Virus record (IMG/VR): IMGVR_UViG_3300003965_000014 | Location: 1-50,660 of that record | Length of the DNA stretch: 50,660 nt | Direction: 5' to 3' (one strand) | Source: a virus | Lineage: Duplodnaviria; Caudoviricetes | Part shown: piece after piece, positions 16,719-26,549 of the stretch | Layout of the letters: every line of letters begins with the position of its first letter | Numbering within the stretch: position 1 is the first letter of the stretch | Position numbers and translations under genes: made by a program | The notes under the pieces: model-generated | The model's input: only the letters and a program-made list of their open reading frames with translations | What the model was told of the DNA's origin: nothing | Databases searched by the model: none

Positions 16719-18339
16719 TAAACCACAGTTGCGCAGTATGCTTATTGCTGCACCTGATGAAGTATTGATTGCCGGTCGTGGTACCGGTAAAAGTGAAGGT
16801 GTTCTGGCGCCTAAGAGTGCTAAGAACTATTTTGGTACAATGCCCAGGGGAGCCGGTGTTATTGTTGGTGCCACGTATAACCAAATTCTTACCCGTACCC
16901 TTCCTGCTTTGGCCGCAGGATGGGAAAAGCTGGGCTACATCAGAGATGTTCATTACATCGTAGGCCGCAAACCCTCAGAGAAATGGATTAAGCAATGGAA
17001 ATGGCAGGGGCCTTATAGGCCGCCGTTCAATTTTCAATACTTTGTAAGCTGGTGGAATGGTGGCGGTGCGCACTTGGTAAGTCAGGACAGGCAAGGATCT
17101 TCTAACGGTATTACCATTGATTGGATCATTGGCGATGAGGCTAAGCTGTTAAATGCCGAACGGTTCAGAACAGAGCTGCTGCCGGCGAATCGTGGTTTAA
17201 TTCCTGAGTTTAACGGCAATCCTTATCATCATGGCATTACATTAACAACTGATATGCCCGTTGGTACTGCAGGCCGTTGGTTGCTGGATTATTCTGATAA
17301 AGTAGATCGTGAGAGAATCAATGAAGTTTGGGCTATACAGGTTGCACGTTACCAGCTACAGTATTTTCTTCTTAAAGAAAAAAGGAGTACTTATGCTGCC
17401 AATTTAAAAAAGCAGATCTCAGTATTGGATGAGGAGTTAAATGAGCTGCGAAAAAACCTTTTGTATTACCATGAAGCATCTACACTTGAAAATATTCATG
17501 CATTGGGTGTTGAGTATATAAAGCAACAGCTGAGAGATACTACACCATTCCAGTTTGATACACAGATTTTGAATTTACGTCCGTTAAAGCTGGAGGATGG
17601 CTTTTATCCTGATCTTGATGAAGAATACCACGGTTACTTTGCTGCCGATAATGGATATCTGGAGAATATTGATTATGATTTTGATAAGCTGAAAGCCGTT
17701 GATTGTCGCCGGGATAGCGATCTGGATTGGAATTTACCTCTGCACATTTCTTTGGACTATAACAGAAGGATTCATCCGATTGTTGTTGGTCAGGTTCATG
17801 AAAATGAATTACGGCTGATCAACGGATTACATTCTTTATTTCCTGGCAAATTGAGACAGGCCATTGATTTGTTTGCAGAATATTACAAACCTTTCTCAAA
17901 GAAGATGGTTTACTATTGGTATGATCATACAGCAGTTGGTGATCAGCATGAGTCACGTATATGTGATGATGTTATTACATTACTTCAGTCGCACGGATGG
18001 GTTGTTATACCTATGTACGCAGGTAAAACACCTGGGCATGAAGTGAAGTACAGAATGTGGGGCAATCTATTATCTGAAAACGGTACTTATGATAAGGTAG
18101 TAAGGATCAACAGAGAGAACTGTTCAAACCTTATTTTGTCAATGTACTTAGCACAGGCAGAAAAAAGAAAAGATGGATTCGGAAAGGATAAGAGTAGTGA
18201 AAGAGATGAAAACTTTCCAGCACAGGAAGCAACACACTTTAGTGAAGCAGCAGATACTTTAGTTCATGGAATATTTGAATCTGGGCTTTCATTCAGTAAT
18301 GTAAATGAAGCAGGTGAAACAATGATAGTAAATAAATGA
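16690..18339 (+). CDS. Terminase large subunit
   Basis: Walker A AGRGTGKS, Walker B IIGDE, nuclease residues ISLDYN and THFSEAAD. Confidence 0.85.
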   Translation: MMEKRKQHFNKPQLRSMLIAAPDEVLIAGRGTGKSEGVLAPKSAKNYFGTMPRGAGVIVGATYNQILTRTLPALAAGWEKLGYIRDVHYIVGRKPSEKWIKQWKWQGPYRPPFNFQYFVSWWNGGGAHLVSQDRQGSSNGITIDWIIGDEAKLLNAERFRTELLPANRGLIPEFNGNPYHHGITLTTDMPVGTAGRWLLDYSDKVDRERINEVWAIQVARYQLQYFLLKEKRSTYAANLKKQISVLDEELNELRKNLLYYHEASTLENIHALGVEYIKQQLRDTTPFQFDTQILNLRPLKLEDGFYPDLDEEYHGYFAADNGYLENIDYDFDKLKAVDCRRDSDLDWNLPLHISLDYNRRIHPIVVGQVHENELRLINGLHSLFPGKLRQAIDLFAEYYKPFSKKMVYYWYDHTAVGDQHESRICDDVITLLQSHGWVVIPMYAGKTPGHEVKYRMWGNLLSENGTYDKVVRINRENCSNLILSMYLAQAEKRKDGFGKDKSSERDENFPAQEATHFSEAADTLVHGIFESGLSFSNVNEAGETMIVNK

Positions 18340-18876
18340 TGGCGTTGCCTTCGGCCCGGGCTTTCTGCACTACACGGTAGTGCTGCCAATCCCTAACGCA
18401 GCTAAAGAGTATAGCTGCATTCAATTCTCAATACAATTACACATACATTCATGGCGCCATCCAATTCCCATTGGATGATAGCGCCTTTATTCATTCCTGC
18501 TCCATCGTATCTCGATTTCTTTGCTATACACTTTACGCTAATGAAAACAACACAGTCATCATGGATCACTGTGTTGCTATGCTGCGCATAGGGGGTTCAA
18601 TAGACTATCGGCAAAGTAGGGGAGTCTTATTAGTTGCATAAACAACTATTCATATATCCTATGAAACAGAGCAAGAGCGACCGCCCCCGACCGATAGTGC
18701 GGGCGGCACTTTTTTACGCTTTCCCGATGGGAAAAAATGAAAGATAAAAACATCAAATTCATTAACAATTTATTAAAAAAAACAAGCTAAAAAATTTTGA
18801 TAATTAGTTGAAATTTAATAACTTGTATTATCAATTAAGCAGGAGCACCACCTGCATAAAAACTGGTAAAAATCAA

Positions 18877-19260
18877 ATGACACAAGTAGTAAAAGCGCCC
18901 CCATCAAACGGGGTGAAAACTGCACCAGTTGCAGAACCTGTTAAGCCTTTAACAGTTGTAAAAGATAAGCCCACAAAAACTGAATTAACTGCAGATTTGC
19001 AGCCCCTTGATGAAAGGCTGCACAGGTTAAATCAACTCTTTAACCTGCAAACCAAGTACAATAAGTACACGGATAGTTTGCAAAAGCTGAATGAGTTTGA
19101 AATTAAAAAGGATGGAGAACGCAGCAGCATCCGTATTTCCGATGACAGCCGCAACGATTTTTCAACTTATCATCCGGAAATTGTTCAGGAAGTAGTTGAT
19201 TTCTTAAAAGTCCGGATTAAGGAGCGAATCAAATCCCTTGAACCTCAGTTAAAGTGGTAA
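18877..19260 (+). CDS. Hypothetical protein (accessory island)
   Basis: ATG 18877 in A-rich context; terminator-like hairpin follows the stop. Confidence 0.6.
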   Translation: MTQVVKAPPSNGVKTAPVAEPVKPLTVVKDKPTKTELTADLQPLDERLHRLNQLFNLQTKYNKYTDSLQKLNEFEIKKDGERSSIRISDDSRNDFSTYHPEIVQEVVDFLKVRIKERIKSLEPQLKW

Positions 19261-19336
19261 CTACCTAAGCCCCGCCCTTCAGCGGTGGGGCTTTTCTTTT
19301 CCCCCAACAATAGAACGGAATTTAAACAGACTGGCT

Positions 19337-19555
19337 ATGTCACACAAAGAAACTTGCATTAAGTACTGCAAAGACTATTTGCAACAATTACAGCTTTCCC
19401 AATACTACACAGAGCAGCAATTTAACCACGTTTACCGCAAACAAAACGGAGCGCAGGGCAATGCTTTTATAGTTGGGTTAAATGCAGCTGACTTCATTAT
19501 TAACAATTCAAAATTTTATAGCAATGATGAGCGAAACAATGAGAGCAAAGCGTGA
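19337..19555 (+). CDS. Hypothetical protein
   Basis: 72-aa ORF overlapping the next start. Confidence 0.45.
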   Translation: MSHKETCIKYCKDYLQQLQLSQYYTEQQFNHVYRKQNGAQGNAFIVGLNAADFIINNSKFYSNDERNNESKA

Positions 19556-19859
19556 GGAACTCAAATCACTTTCCGCACCGTTCAAGCTACTTTTAAAAGA
19601 GGGCGCAATCGGAAGTATTAACGAAGGGCTTGCCAACTATTATGCAGAGCAAGGCCACACCACATTAAACAGCTACCGCAGATGGAAAGAGTTAGGATTT
19701 CAAGTAAAGAAAGGAAGCAAAGCCCTTTTAATGTGGGGCGAACCAGTTGACAAAAAAAATAAAGAACAGCAGCAAGAGGAAGACAAAGACCCATTTTTTC
19801 CGCTTGCCTATGTGTTCAGCAATTTGCAGGTTGAACCATTCCAACACCTGGCACAATAG
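19524..19859 (+). CDS. ArdC-like ssDNA-binding N-terminal domain protein
   Basis: SYRRWKELGFQVKKGSKA...YVFSNLQV. Confidence 0.7.
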   Translation: MMSETMRAKREELKSLSAPFKLLLKEGAIGSINEGLANYYAEQGHTTLNSYRRWKELGFQVKKGSKALLMWGEPVDKKNKEQQQEEDKDPFFPLAYVFSNLQVEPFQHLAQ

Positions 19860-19970
19860 CCCTAAGTAGTTCGGCACCTAACCCGAACTACTTTCTTTTA
19901 CTCGCTCCGTTCCACTCCGCTCGCAAAAGAAAGTAGCAAAGAAAAGCTGCTCACATCATCCCCGTTTATT

Positions 19971-20006
19971 TGTCCTTTTTGGCGTCCGTTCCCTTTTGCA
20001 ATTTCA
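19971..20006 (+). promoter_or_regulatory. Putative phage late promoter 3
   Basis: TGTCCTTT-N20-CAATTTCA; ATG at 20011. Confidence 0.7.
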
Positions 20007-20010
20007 CACC

Positions 20011-20310
20011 ATGCCACATACTGTGAAAGAAGCATTGGAAATTTTAGAATCAGGTAACTGGTGTTCATTGCGCCTTATTACGGCCAATACTGCACAGCGT
20101 ACCGGTGGCAAAATTCTTGAACTGGCCAAAGTAAGAATCAAAAAACAAGAGCCACATCAGGCATCTGTTTCTCCATCTCCCGTTACGAGTAAGCCCAAAG
20201 CACAAAATCATCATCAGCATTTTACACGTAACGTGGAAACACAGGCCAGGCAGGTAATTAAAGTTCATCCTATTCTCATCACCCATATAAACAACACTCC
20301 CGTAATATGA
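20011..20310 (+). CDS. Hypothetical protein upstream of portal
   Basis: NHHQHFTRN, KVHPILITHINN; ATGA overlap with portal. Confidence 0.65.
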   Translation: MPHTVKEALEILESGNWCSLRLITANTAQRTGGKILELAKVRIKKQEPHQASVSPSPVTSKPKAQNHHQHFTRNVETQARQVIKVHPILITHINNTPVI

Positions 20311-21803
20311 GTGAAGAGCTTGTATACGAATATCCCATTGCGTATGGCAGCCGCTCAGGTGCTGCAGTATACTTCAGCGCCTCTAAAGAAACTGCAGGCA
20401 CATACACCAGCAGCGCCAAAGCAACAGCAGTTCCCATAAAAAAGCTGCAAAACGTTCTGGATGTAGCTTATTGGGGCGAAGACAACCGCTTCCCGCAAAA
20501 TATTGAACAGCAAATGGCTTATTGCGGCATCGGTAAATCTGCACTCGACTGGAAAGCCCGGGCACTTTTTGGTGGCGGTATCATTGCCGGTCGTGTGAAA
20601 GGTTATGAAGATGAAGGCCGCAAAGAAATATTTGAACCGATCAAAACAACCGGAGCTGAAGGAAAAATCATTTACAAATTCCTCAACCATCCGCAAACCT
20701 TCCGCTTCTTCCTGGAATATTTGCCCGATTGGACATGGTTCGCCAACTGTTTCCCGGAACTGATCTTTTCAAAAGATGGTAAAACCATCACTAACATAGT
20801 GCATCAGGAAAGCTGTGATGCCCGCTACAAGCAAATGAATGAAAAAGGTGAAATCAACACTGTATTTCTTTCCAAGCTGTGGGGCCTTAGCAGTGACCAA
20901 TATGCAAAATTTGACCCCAAAAAAAGGGTAAAAGGCCTGGTGGAAAGCCGCACAGAGCCAATTGAAGTAGATGGTGTGTTCGTTAAGCAGCTGCATTGCA
21001 TTGATATGTACGACAGCCTCAACAGCACCAAAGCCATTGCTGAAAAACTCGTACAATCAAAAGGCCTTTATAAATTTAAAAGCGCCATCCTTCCGGTTAA
21101 CTATCCATCACCAAACAAAACATATTACCAGGTTCCTTATTGGGATGGTGCCCGACTCAGCGGATGGGTTGAAATAGCTTCCAAAATTCCTGCCCTTATC
21201 AAAACAATGTACAACAATGCATTTCGCATCAAGTACCTCATTCAGGTACCTGAAAGCTATTTTGAAAAAACATACGGCAAGGAAAAGTGGGCTACGTTAA
21301 AGGCTGAAGAAAAAACAAAAGCCCGTAAGGAAACACTTCAGAAGATGGATGATTTCCTTGCCGGAGAAGAACACGCTTACAAATCATTCCTCAGCACGTT
21401 TGATATTGATCCGCATACAAAAAATGAATACGGGCTCATCAAGATTGAGCAGATCAAAAACGAAAGCACTATTGATAAAGACCTCATCACTCAATCTGCA
21501 GCTGATGTAGAAATCCTTATCGCCATGCAGGTACACCCAACACTCTTCAGCGCAGGGATGACGGGCAGCATGTTCCGCTCCGGTGGTGGCTCAGGATCTG
21601 ATATTCGTGAAGCGTTCCTCGTTTATACCAACCTGCTTAACCTGGAGCGCCGTGTATTGCTGGAGCCGCTTAACCTTATCCGTGATTATAACCGTGAAGT
21701 AGGTGGCGTAAGCGAATGGGCTGAAGATATTGTATTCCGTTTCCGTGATACACAATTAACAACCCTCGACCAGGGTAAAGGCACAGAAAAAAAATTAGGA
21801 TAA
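20307..21803 (+). CDS. Putative portal protein
   Basis: 498 aa, WGEDNRFP, YYQVPYW, SGSDIREA. Confidence 0.75.
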   Translation: MSEELVYEYPIAYGSRSGAAVYFSASKETAGTYTSSAKATAVPIKKLQNVLDVAYWGEDNRFPQNIEQQMAYCGIGKSALDWKARALFGGGIIAGRVKGYEDEGRKEIFEPIKTTGAEGKIIYKFLNHPQTFRFFLEYLPDWTWFANCFPELIFSKDGKTITNIVHQESCDARYKQMNEKGEINTVFLSKLWGLSSDQYAKFDPKKRVKGLVESRTEPIEVDGVFVKQLHCIDMYDSLNSTKAIAEKLVQSKGLYKFKSAILPVNYPSPNKTYYQVPYWDGARLSGWVEIASKIPALIKTMYNNAFRIKYLIQVPESYFEKTYGKEKWATLKAEEKTKARKETLQKMDDFLAGEEHAYKSFLSTFDIDPHTKNEYGLIKIEQIKNESTIDKDLITQSAADVEILIAMQVHPTLFSAGMTGSMFRSGGGSGSDIREAFLVYTNLLNLERRVLLEPLNLIRDYNREVGGVSEWAEDIVFRFRDTQLTTLDQGKGTEKKLG

Positions 21804-22798
21804 TGCTTTTTAAGACTACCATAGAACTGAAAGAATACAGTGAGTTAACAAGTGCAATCAACTTCAACTCACTTAAAGCAACGCTCAACCATGTTGAAAC
21901 GGTGCACATCATCCCTGTTCTCGGTAAAGAATTATACAACAGCCTCAACAAAAAATATAATGAGGATGAAAATGGCTTATCCAATAATCAAAAAAACCTG
22001 CTGGAGCATTGCCGCCGGGTTATTGCCCCCTATCTGGCCTATTACTATGCCTCAAAATCATCTGCAAAACTTAGCGATTCAGGGTTGCAGCGCTTAGAAA
22101 CTGCCACTAATAAAACCGCCTTTCAATACCAAGAAACAAATTTTAAGGAAGCAAACCTTCTGGAAGCAGAGCAGCAAACAGAAATTTTGCTGCAATTCCT
22201 GTTTGAAAATCAGGATAGCTATGCCCAATGGCAGGAAAGCAAAGAGTTTGCATCCTTTAACGCTCTTTTCATTAAAACAGGCGGTGAGTTTGATCAATAC
22301 TTTAAATCACACTCACCTTACCGTAACTACTTTGCTATGCGGCCAAAAATGCTGCAGGTAGAGCAGCAAAACATCCGTCATGCCATTGGAGATAATCTTT
22401 TTAATACGCTTAAATCAAAAACACCTGATACAGCCAGCAGCTATGAAAAAGAGCTGATTGAAAAATTAAAATTTTCCATTGCTCACTTTACCGTTTCATT
22501 CAGCATCCCATGGCTGGCCGTTCGTATTGATGCCAATGGTATCAATATTTCAGGCACACAAACCGCTAACCGGGATAAACAAAGCAAAGAGCAATCAGCA
22601 GCAGTGGAGCAGTTAAGCCTTTTAATTTCAGAAGCAAAAGAAACAGGTGCCGCCTGGCTTAACGATGCGGTTGCATACATCAAAAAAAATGCAGCACAGT
22701 TTGATAACTGGACGGAAGAAACAGAAACCACACCCATTGATGGCACACAACCCATCACTGATTATAACACAGGATTAAAAGGATCATTTATACTATAA
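21803..22798 (+). CDS. Putative head-tail connector (DUF6712-like)
   Basis: Two internally similar halves (PVLGKELYNSL / HAIGDNLFNTL); follows portal. Confidence 0.5.
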   Translation: MLFKTTIELKEYSELTSAINFNSLKATLNHVETVHIIPVLGKELYNSLNKKYNEDENGLSNNQKNLLEHCRRVIAPYLAYYYASKSSAKLSDSGLQRLETATNKTAFQYQETNFKEANLLEAEQQTEILLQFLFENQDSYAQWQESKEFASFNALFIKTGGEFDQYFKSHSPYRNYFAMRPKMLQVEQQNIRHAIGDNLFNTLKSKTPDTASSYEKELIEKLKFSIAHFTVSFSIPWLAVRIDANGINISGTQTANRDKQSKEQSAAVEQLSLLISEAKETGAAWLNDAVAYIKKNAAQFDNWTEETETTPIDGTQPITDYNTGLKGSFIL

Positions 22799-22802
22799 AC
22801 CA

Positions 22803-23063
22803 ATGGAACTATTAAAAGAGATAGGCCCTTATCTGGCAGCCGGTATTACTGCAATCATTGGATACTTCAGCGGAAAACGTAAATCAAAAGCTGAAGCAGA
22901 CATCACAGAGCTGGAAGCAACACAAAAAGCCATTGAAATATGGCGAAAGCTTGCTCTGGATCTGGAGCGACAGATCAAAGAACTCAGAGAACACGTAAAT
23001 AAGCTGGAGCAGGAAAACGAAAATCTGTATCAAAAAATTTACGAACTGGAAAAAAAGCAATAA
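22803..23063 (+). CDS. Holin-like membrane protein with coiled coil
   Basis: One N-terminal TM segment then coiled coil; start of lysis cluster. Confidence 0.45.
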   Translation: MELLKEIGPYLAAGITAIIGYFSGKRKSKAEADITELEATQKAIEIWRKLALDLERQIKELREHVNKLEQENENLYQKIYELEKKQ

Positions 23064-23683
23064 TGAAAGCAAAAGACTTTGCCATACTCATGGGCTTACT
23101 CATCGTAATCATGATCAGTGCTACGCTGTTCGGTAAATGTAATTGTAACAACCCGCATCCGCAGGAGCCCGTTACTCCTGTGGATAGCATTGCAGCTTAT
23201 TATAAGCCTGCTTTGCAATTGTTACTGGAACAACGCCGCAAAGATTCAATTGCTTCAGCTCAATCCATTCACCTGGCCGATTCACTTTCTCAAATCGTTG
23301 CCCGTCTTAAAAAAAGCCTGGGCAGCAAAAAACAATCACTGGCCACAGCAGAGCAAAATAAGGATACACCGGCCATTGTATACCATCAGCGGCAGGTAAT
23401 TGCAGATCAGGATTCAGTTATTTATGAGCAGGATCAGCAGCTCACACAGCAAAGCCTTACAATACAGAGCCAGCAACGAACCATCAGCAACTATGCCACA
23501 GAGGTAGAACTGCAGAAGGGAATGATCAATCAGGCTTTTGATGCAGTTGTAACAATTCAGAATAAAAACACGGATTTGAAAAACCAACTTGAAAAAGAGC
23601 ATAAAAAATTGAAGTCAGAAAAATTCTGGCGCAAATTCTTTATGGTCACCACTGCCGCTGCAGTTGTAAAATCATTACTATGA
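23063..23683 (+). CDS. Spanin-like membrane-anchored coiled-coil protein
   Basis: N-terminal TM plus Cys cluster, long Q-rich coil, hydrophobic C-terminus. Confidence 0.45.
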   Translation: MKAKDFAILMGLLIVIMISATLFGKCNCNNPHPQEPVTPVDSIAAYYKPALQLLLEQRRKDSIASAQSIHLADSLSQIVARLKKSLGSKKQSLATAEQNKDTPAIVYHQRQVIADQDSVIYEQDQQLTQQSLTIQSQQRTISNYATEVELQKGMINQAFDAVVTIQNKNTDLKNQLEKEHKKLKSEKFWRKFFMVTTAAAVVKSLL

Positions 23684-25110
23684 AAAACCTTTTCACCACC
23701 ATATTGCTGCTTACCTCTTTAACCACTTTTGCTATCCGAAAAGTGATTGTTCCTGATGTGGCAGGCGGCTATTACAACTTTCAGGCAATCAATCCCGGAG
23801 ATACAGTTGTATTGCAGGGCAACTATCAATACATAACATTCATCAACCGTTCCGGCACTGCAGCAAAAAAAATAACACTCATCACAAACGGCAATGTGTT
23901 CATTAAAACACAGCTCAGCTTTATCAGCTGCCAGTATTGGGATGTGATCGGTTCCAATAAAATAAAAATCCAGCCGTATGGCGATGATACGCTTTACAAC
24001 GGCCACTTTGCTTTAAACATCAGCGATCGCAGTAAATGCTTTGATGTTTCAGGCATCTTCATCAGCAACGCAGGAATTGGCGTTAACATAAAGAGTGAAC
24101 CAAGCTGCGATGTAAATCTCCAGTTTCCAAACTTCGTAATGGATAGCATCTTCCTGCACGATATGACCGTGGAAGAAACATGGAACCAGGGTTATTATGT
24201 GGGCAATACAGCTCCTGATAATGGTCCTCCACCTTACTACTCACCCCGTCCCGTAATATGCAATGGCATAACAACCTATCCACGGCCGCTGCGCATGGGT
24301 AAAATAAAAATCTACAACTGCATCATCAGAAATACGGGTCGATCTGCCATCCAGATTTCATCTGCCAGCGAAGGAATTTGCGAAGTGTACAACAACTACA
24401 TCCGCAATGCCGGCATTGGTGGAGATGAAGCGCAAAGCAACGGTGTGCTGCTTGGTTCTTACACAAGATGTATCATTTACGACAACGATATCAGCAACAC
24501 TTTTGCAGCAGCCATTGCCTCACAAGGTGCATGCGGCCCCGTTCCGGTACAGATCAGGAACAATATAACAGACAGTAGCGGGTACTTATCTCATTACAGG
24601 TTGTGGGCTTATCCTTCCGGTGCTTATGTAAATATGAACACAGCGCCAAAGTATGCTAACACTTTAACCTATCCCTACAGTGTTTTCCTGGCTACAAGAC
24701 CCAATCTGCTTAACGACAGCACCACTTTCTGGGTGCAGAACAACATTTTTAAGCTGCGCAAAAATGTCCGGTACATTGGTGTGGCAGATTATCAAAATAC
24801 TTTCCGAAAAAGGGGTAACCTCATCTGCAATAACAATTTTAATACAGTTGCAGTGGAGGAAAGCTATATACCTGTTTTCTGGAGCAGTAACTGTACGCCT
24901 CTTTCCCTTCCTCCGGATTCAATACCGGTTACAACACCCCGTGTACTACGTGCAGATATGGAAGATAAAGGCACCTACTGGAAGTTTAACCGCTCCGGCA
25001 CAGTAGCCATTTACCGTATTGATGGTGCCTGGCTTAAAGTGCTGCAGGTAGTAACAGGAAGCACCATCACAAAACAATCAATTACCGACAAAGCAATATT
25101 TATACGATAA
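23680..25110 (+). CDS. Secreted right-handed beta-helix (pectin-lyase fold) protein
   Basis: Signal peptide MKNLFTTILLLTSLTTFA; repeats IYNCIIRNTG, VYNNYIRNAG, IYDNDISNT, IRNNITDSSG. Confidence 0.7.
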   Translation: MKNLFTTILLLTSLTTFAIRKVIVPDVAGGYYNFQAINPGDTVVLQGNYQYITFINRSGTAAKKITLITNGNVFIKTQLSFISCQYWDVIGSNKIKIQPYGDDTLYNGHFALNISDRSKCFDVSGIFISNAGIGVNIKSEPSCDVNLQFPNFVMDSIFLHDMTVEETWNQGYYVGNTAPDNGPPPYYSPRPVICNGITTYPRPLRMGKIKIYNCIIRNTGRSAIQISSASEGICEVYNNYIRNAGIGGDEAQSNGVLLGSYTRCIIYDNDISNTFAAAIASQGACGPVPVQIRNNITDSSGYLSHYRLWAYPSGAYVNMNTAPKYANTLTYPYSVFLATRPNLLNDSTTFWVQNNIFKLRKNVRYIGVADYQNTFRKRGNLICNNNFNTVAVEESYIPVFWSSNCTPLSLPPDSIPVTTPRVLRADMEDKGTYWKFNRSGTVAIYRIDGAWLKVLQVVTGSTITKQSITDKAIFIR

Positions 25111-25121
25111 ATAAAAAAATC

Positions 25122-25586
25122 ATGGTAACATCTCAGCAAGCTTTAAAAAAATACGGTGATCCTAATGACCCTAAAACACAGGCACAACACTTCGTACTTT
25201 GGCAGGTGCCCGTTGATATTGTAACTGCTTTTGCTCATGTTCGATTTACAGCAGCAGGTACAATCGGTTTTCCTAAAAAGATTTTTTTAAACAAAGATTT
25301 AGTAGCTCCGATTGAAAAAGCTTTACGAAATATTATAAGCCGTAAATTAACAGCAGAGCTCAAAACATGGGATGGTGTTTTTATCATTCGACAAAAAAGA
25401 GGCCTTTCATCTTTGAGTCTTCATAGCTGGGCAATCGCATTGGATGTAAACGCCTTTGAAAATCAACTTAATCAAAAACCAAAACTATCAAAAGCGTTTG
25501 TTCAGTGCTTCAAAGATGCCGGATTTGAATGGGGTGGCGATTGGCAAAGGCTTGATGGTATGCACTTTCAATTAGCAGCAATATGA
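25122..25586 (+). CDS. Endolysin, M15 family peptidase
   Basis: SLHSWAIALD, WGGDW, DGMHFQ zinc motifs. Confidence 0.85.
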   Translation: MVTSQQALKKYGDPNDPKTQAQHFVLWQVPVDIVTAFAHVRFTAAGTIGFPKKIFLNKDLVAPIEKALRNIISRKLTAELKTWDGVFIIRQKRGLSSLSLHSWAIALDVNAFENQLNQKPKLSKAFVQCFKDAGFEWGGDWQRLDGMHFQLAAI

Positions 25587-25792
25587 GTTTTAAACCAAAA
25601 AACATATTTAATCCAACACCTAAGCGAATGCGGCGATTAGGCAATGCATTATTAGGAGCATCACAAACAATTGCCATCCCTGCAGTACTTTCAGATTACA
25701 AATGGGTAGGACTTTCAGTATTAATTGCAGGATGGTTAGGAAAACTAATCACAGAGTTTTTTGCAGAAGATGACCAACCATCAACGCAGTAA
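25583..25792 (+). CDS. Putative holin
   Basis: 69 aa, two TM segments, overlaps endolysin stop. Confidence 0.6.
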   Translation: MSFKPKNIFNPTPKRMRRLGNALLGASQTIAIPAVLSDYKWVGLSVLIAGWLGKLITEFFAEDDQPSTQ

Positions 25793-25827
25793 CTTTTTTC
25801 TCATAATCAATAGTTTTAGTTGATCGG

Positions 25828-25853
25828 GCAGCATTTCTATGCTGCCTTTTTTT
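25828..25853 (+). terminator. Intrinsic terminator
   Basis: GGCAGCAT-TTCT-ATGCTGCC followed by a T-tract. Confidence 0.75.
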
Positions 25854-25888
25854 GTCCTTTTTGCAAGCGAACGCCCCTGCTACTTTTA
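25853..25888 (+). promoter_or_regulatory. Putative phage late promoter 4
   Basis: TGTCCTTT-N20-TACTTTTA. Confidence 0.7.
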
Positions 25889-25907
25889 TCTCATAAACTA
25901 TTTTTTT

Positions 25908-26549
25908 ATGGGACAACTCTCTGATCTCGCCGTAAAGCACGGCACTGATAAATGGAACCATCACTGGTACACGGAGCATTACGAAAAAACATTACAACAC
26001 CTCAAAGAAAAGCAGTTTAACCTGCTGGAAATAGGCATCGGCGGTTATGAGTTCCCCGACCGTGGCGGCGCATCCCTCAACATGTGGGCTGAATTTTTCC
26101 CTTATGCAAAAGTTGTTGGTTTTGATTATTACGATAAATCAAAAATTGCAAGACTTCCTGGTGTAAAAACCGTTCAAGGTGATCAAAGCAGCGAAAATGA
26201 TCTCAATAAATTATGGCAATCTTACGGGCCTTTTGATGTTATCATTGATGATGGCAGCCATCTCACCGCTCATCAAATTAGATCCTTTGAAGTACTGTTT
26301 CCGCTTATGCCGGATGGTGGCATCTACATCATAGAAGATACAGAAACCTCTTACTGGAAAGATTACGGCGGAAACTTGGTGCTTGATATCATTGAAAAGA
26401 AAACCTGCATCGGTTATTTCATGAACAAACTGCATGAAATGATGTACCGCACCAATGGTATGCCCAAGCATGAGCCCTTTACGGATATCATTGAATCCAT
26501 CCAGTTCTATAACAACATTATCATCATCCGTAAAGGTTACAACGCATGA
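25908..26549 (+). CDS. SAM-dependent O-methyltransferase (MycE/OleY-like sugar MTase)
   Basis: HGTDK, LLEIGIGG, FDVIIDDGSH, GGIYIIED. Confidence 0.8.
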   Translation: MGQLSDLAVKHGTDKWNHHWYTEHYEKTLQHLKEKQFNLLEIGIGGYEFPDRGGASLNMWAEFFPYAKVVGFDYYDKSKIARLPGVKTVQGDQSSENDLNKLWQSYGPFDVIIDDGSHLTAHQIRSFEVLFPLMPDGGIYIIEDTETSYWKDYGGNLVLDIIEKKTCIGYFMNKLHEMMYRTNGMPKHEPFTDIIESIQFYNNIIIIRKGYNA

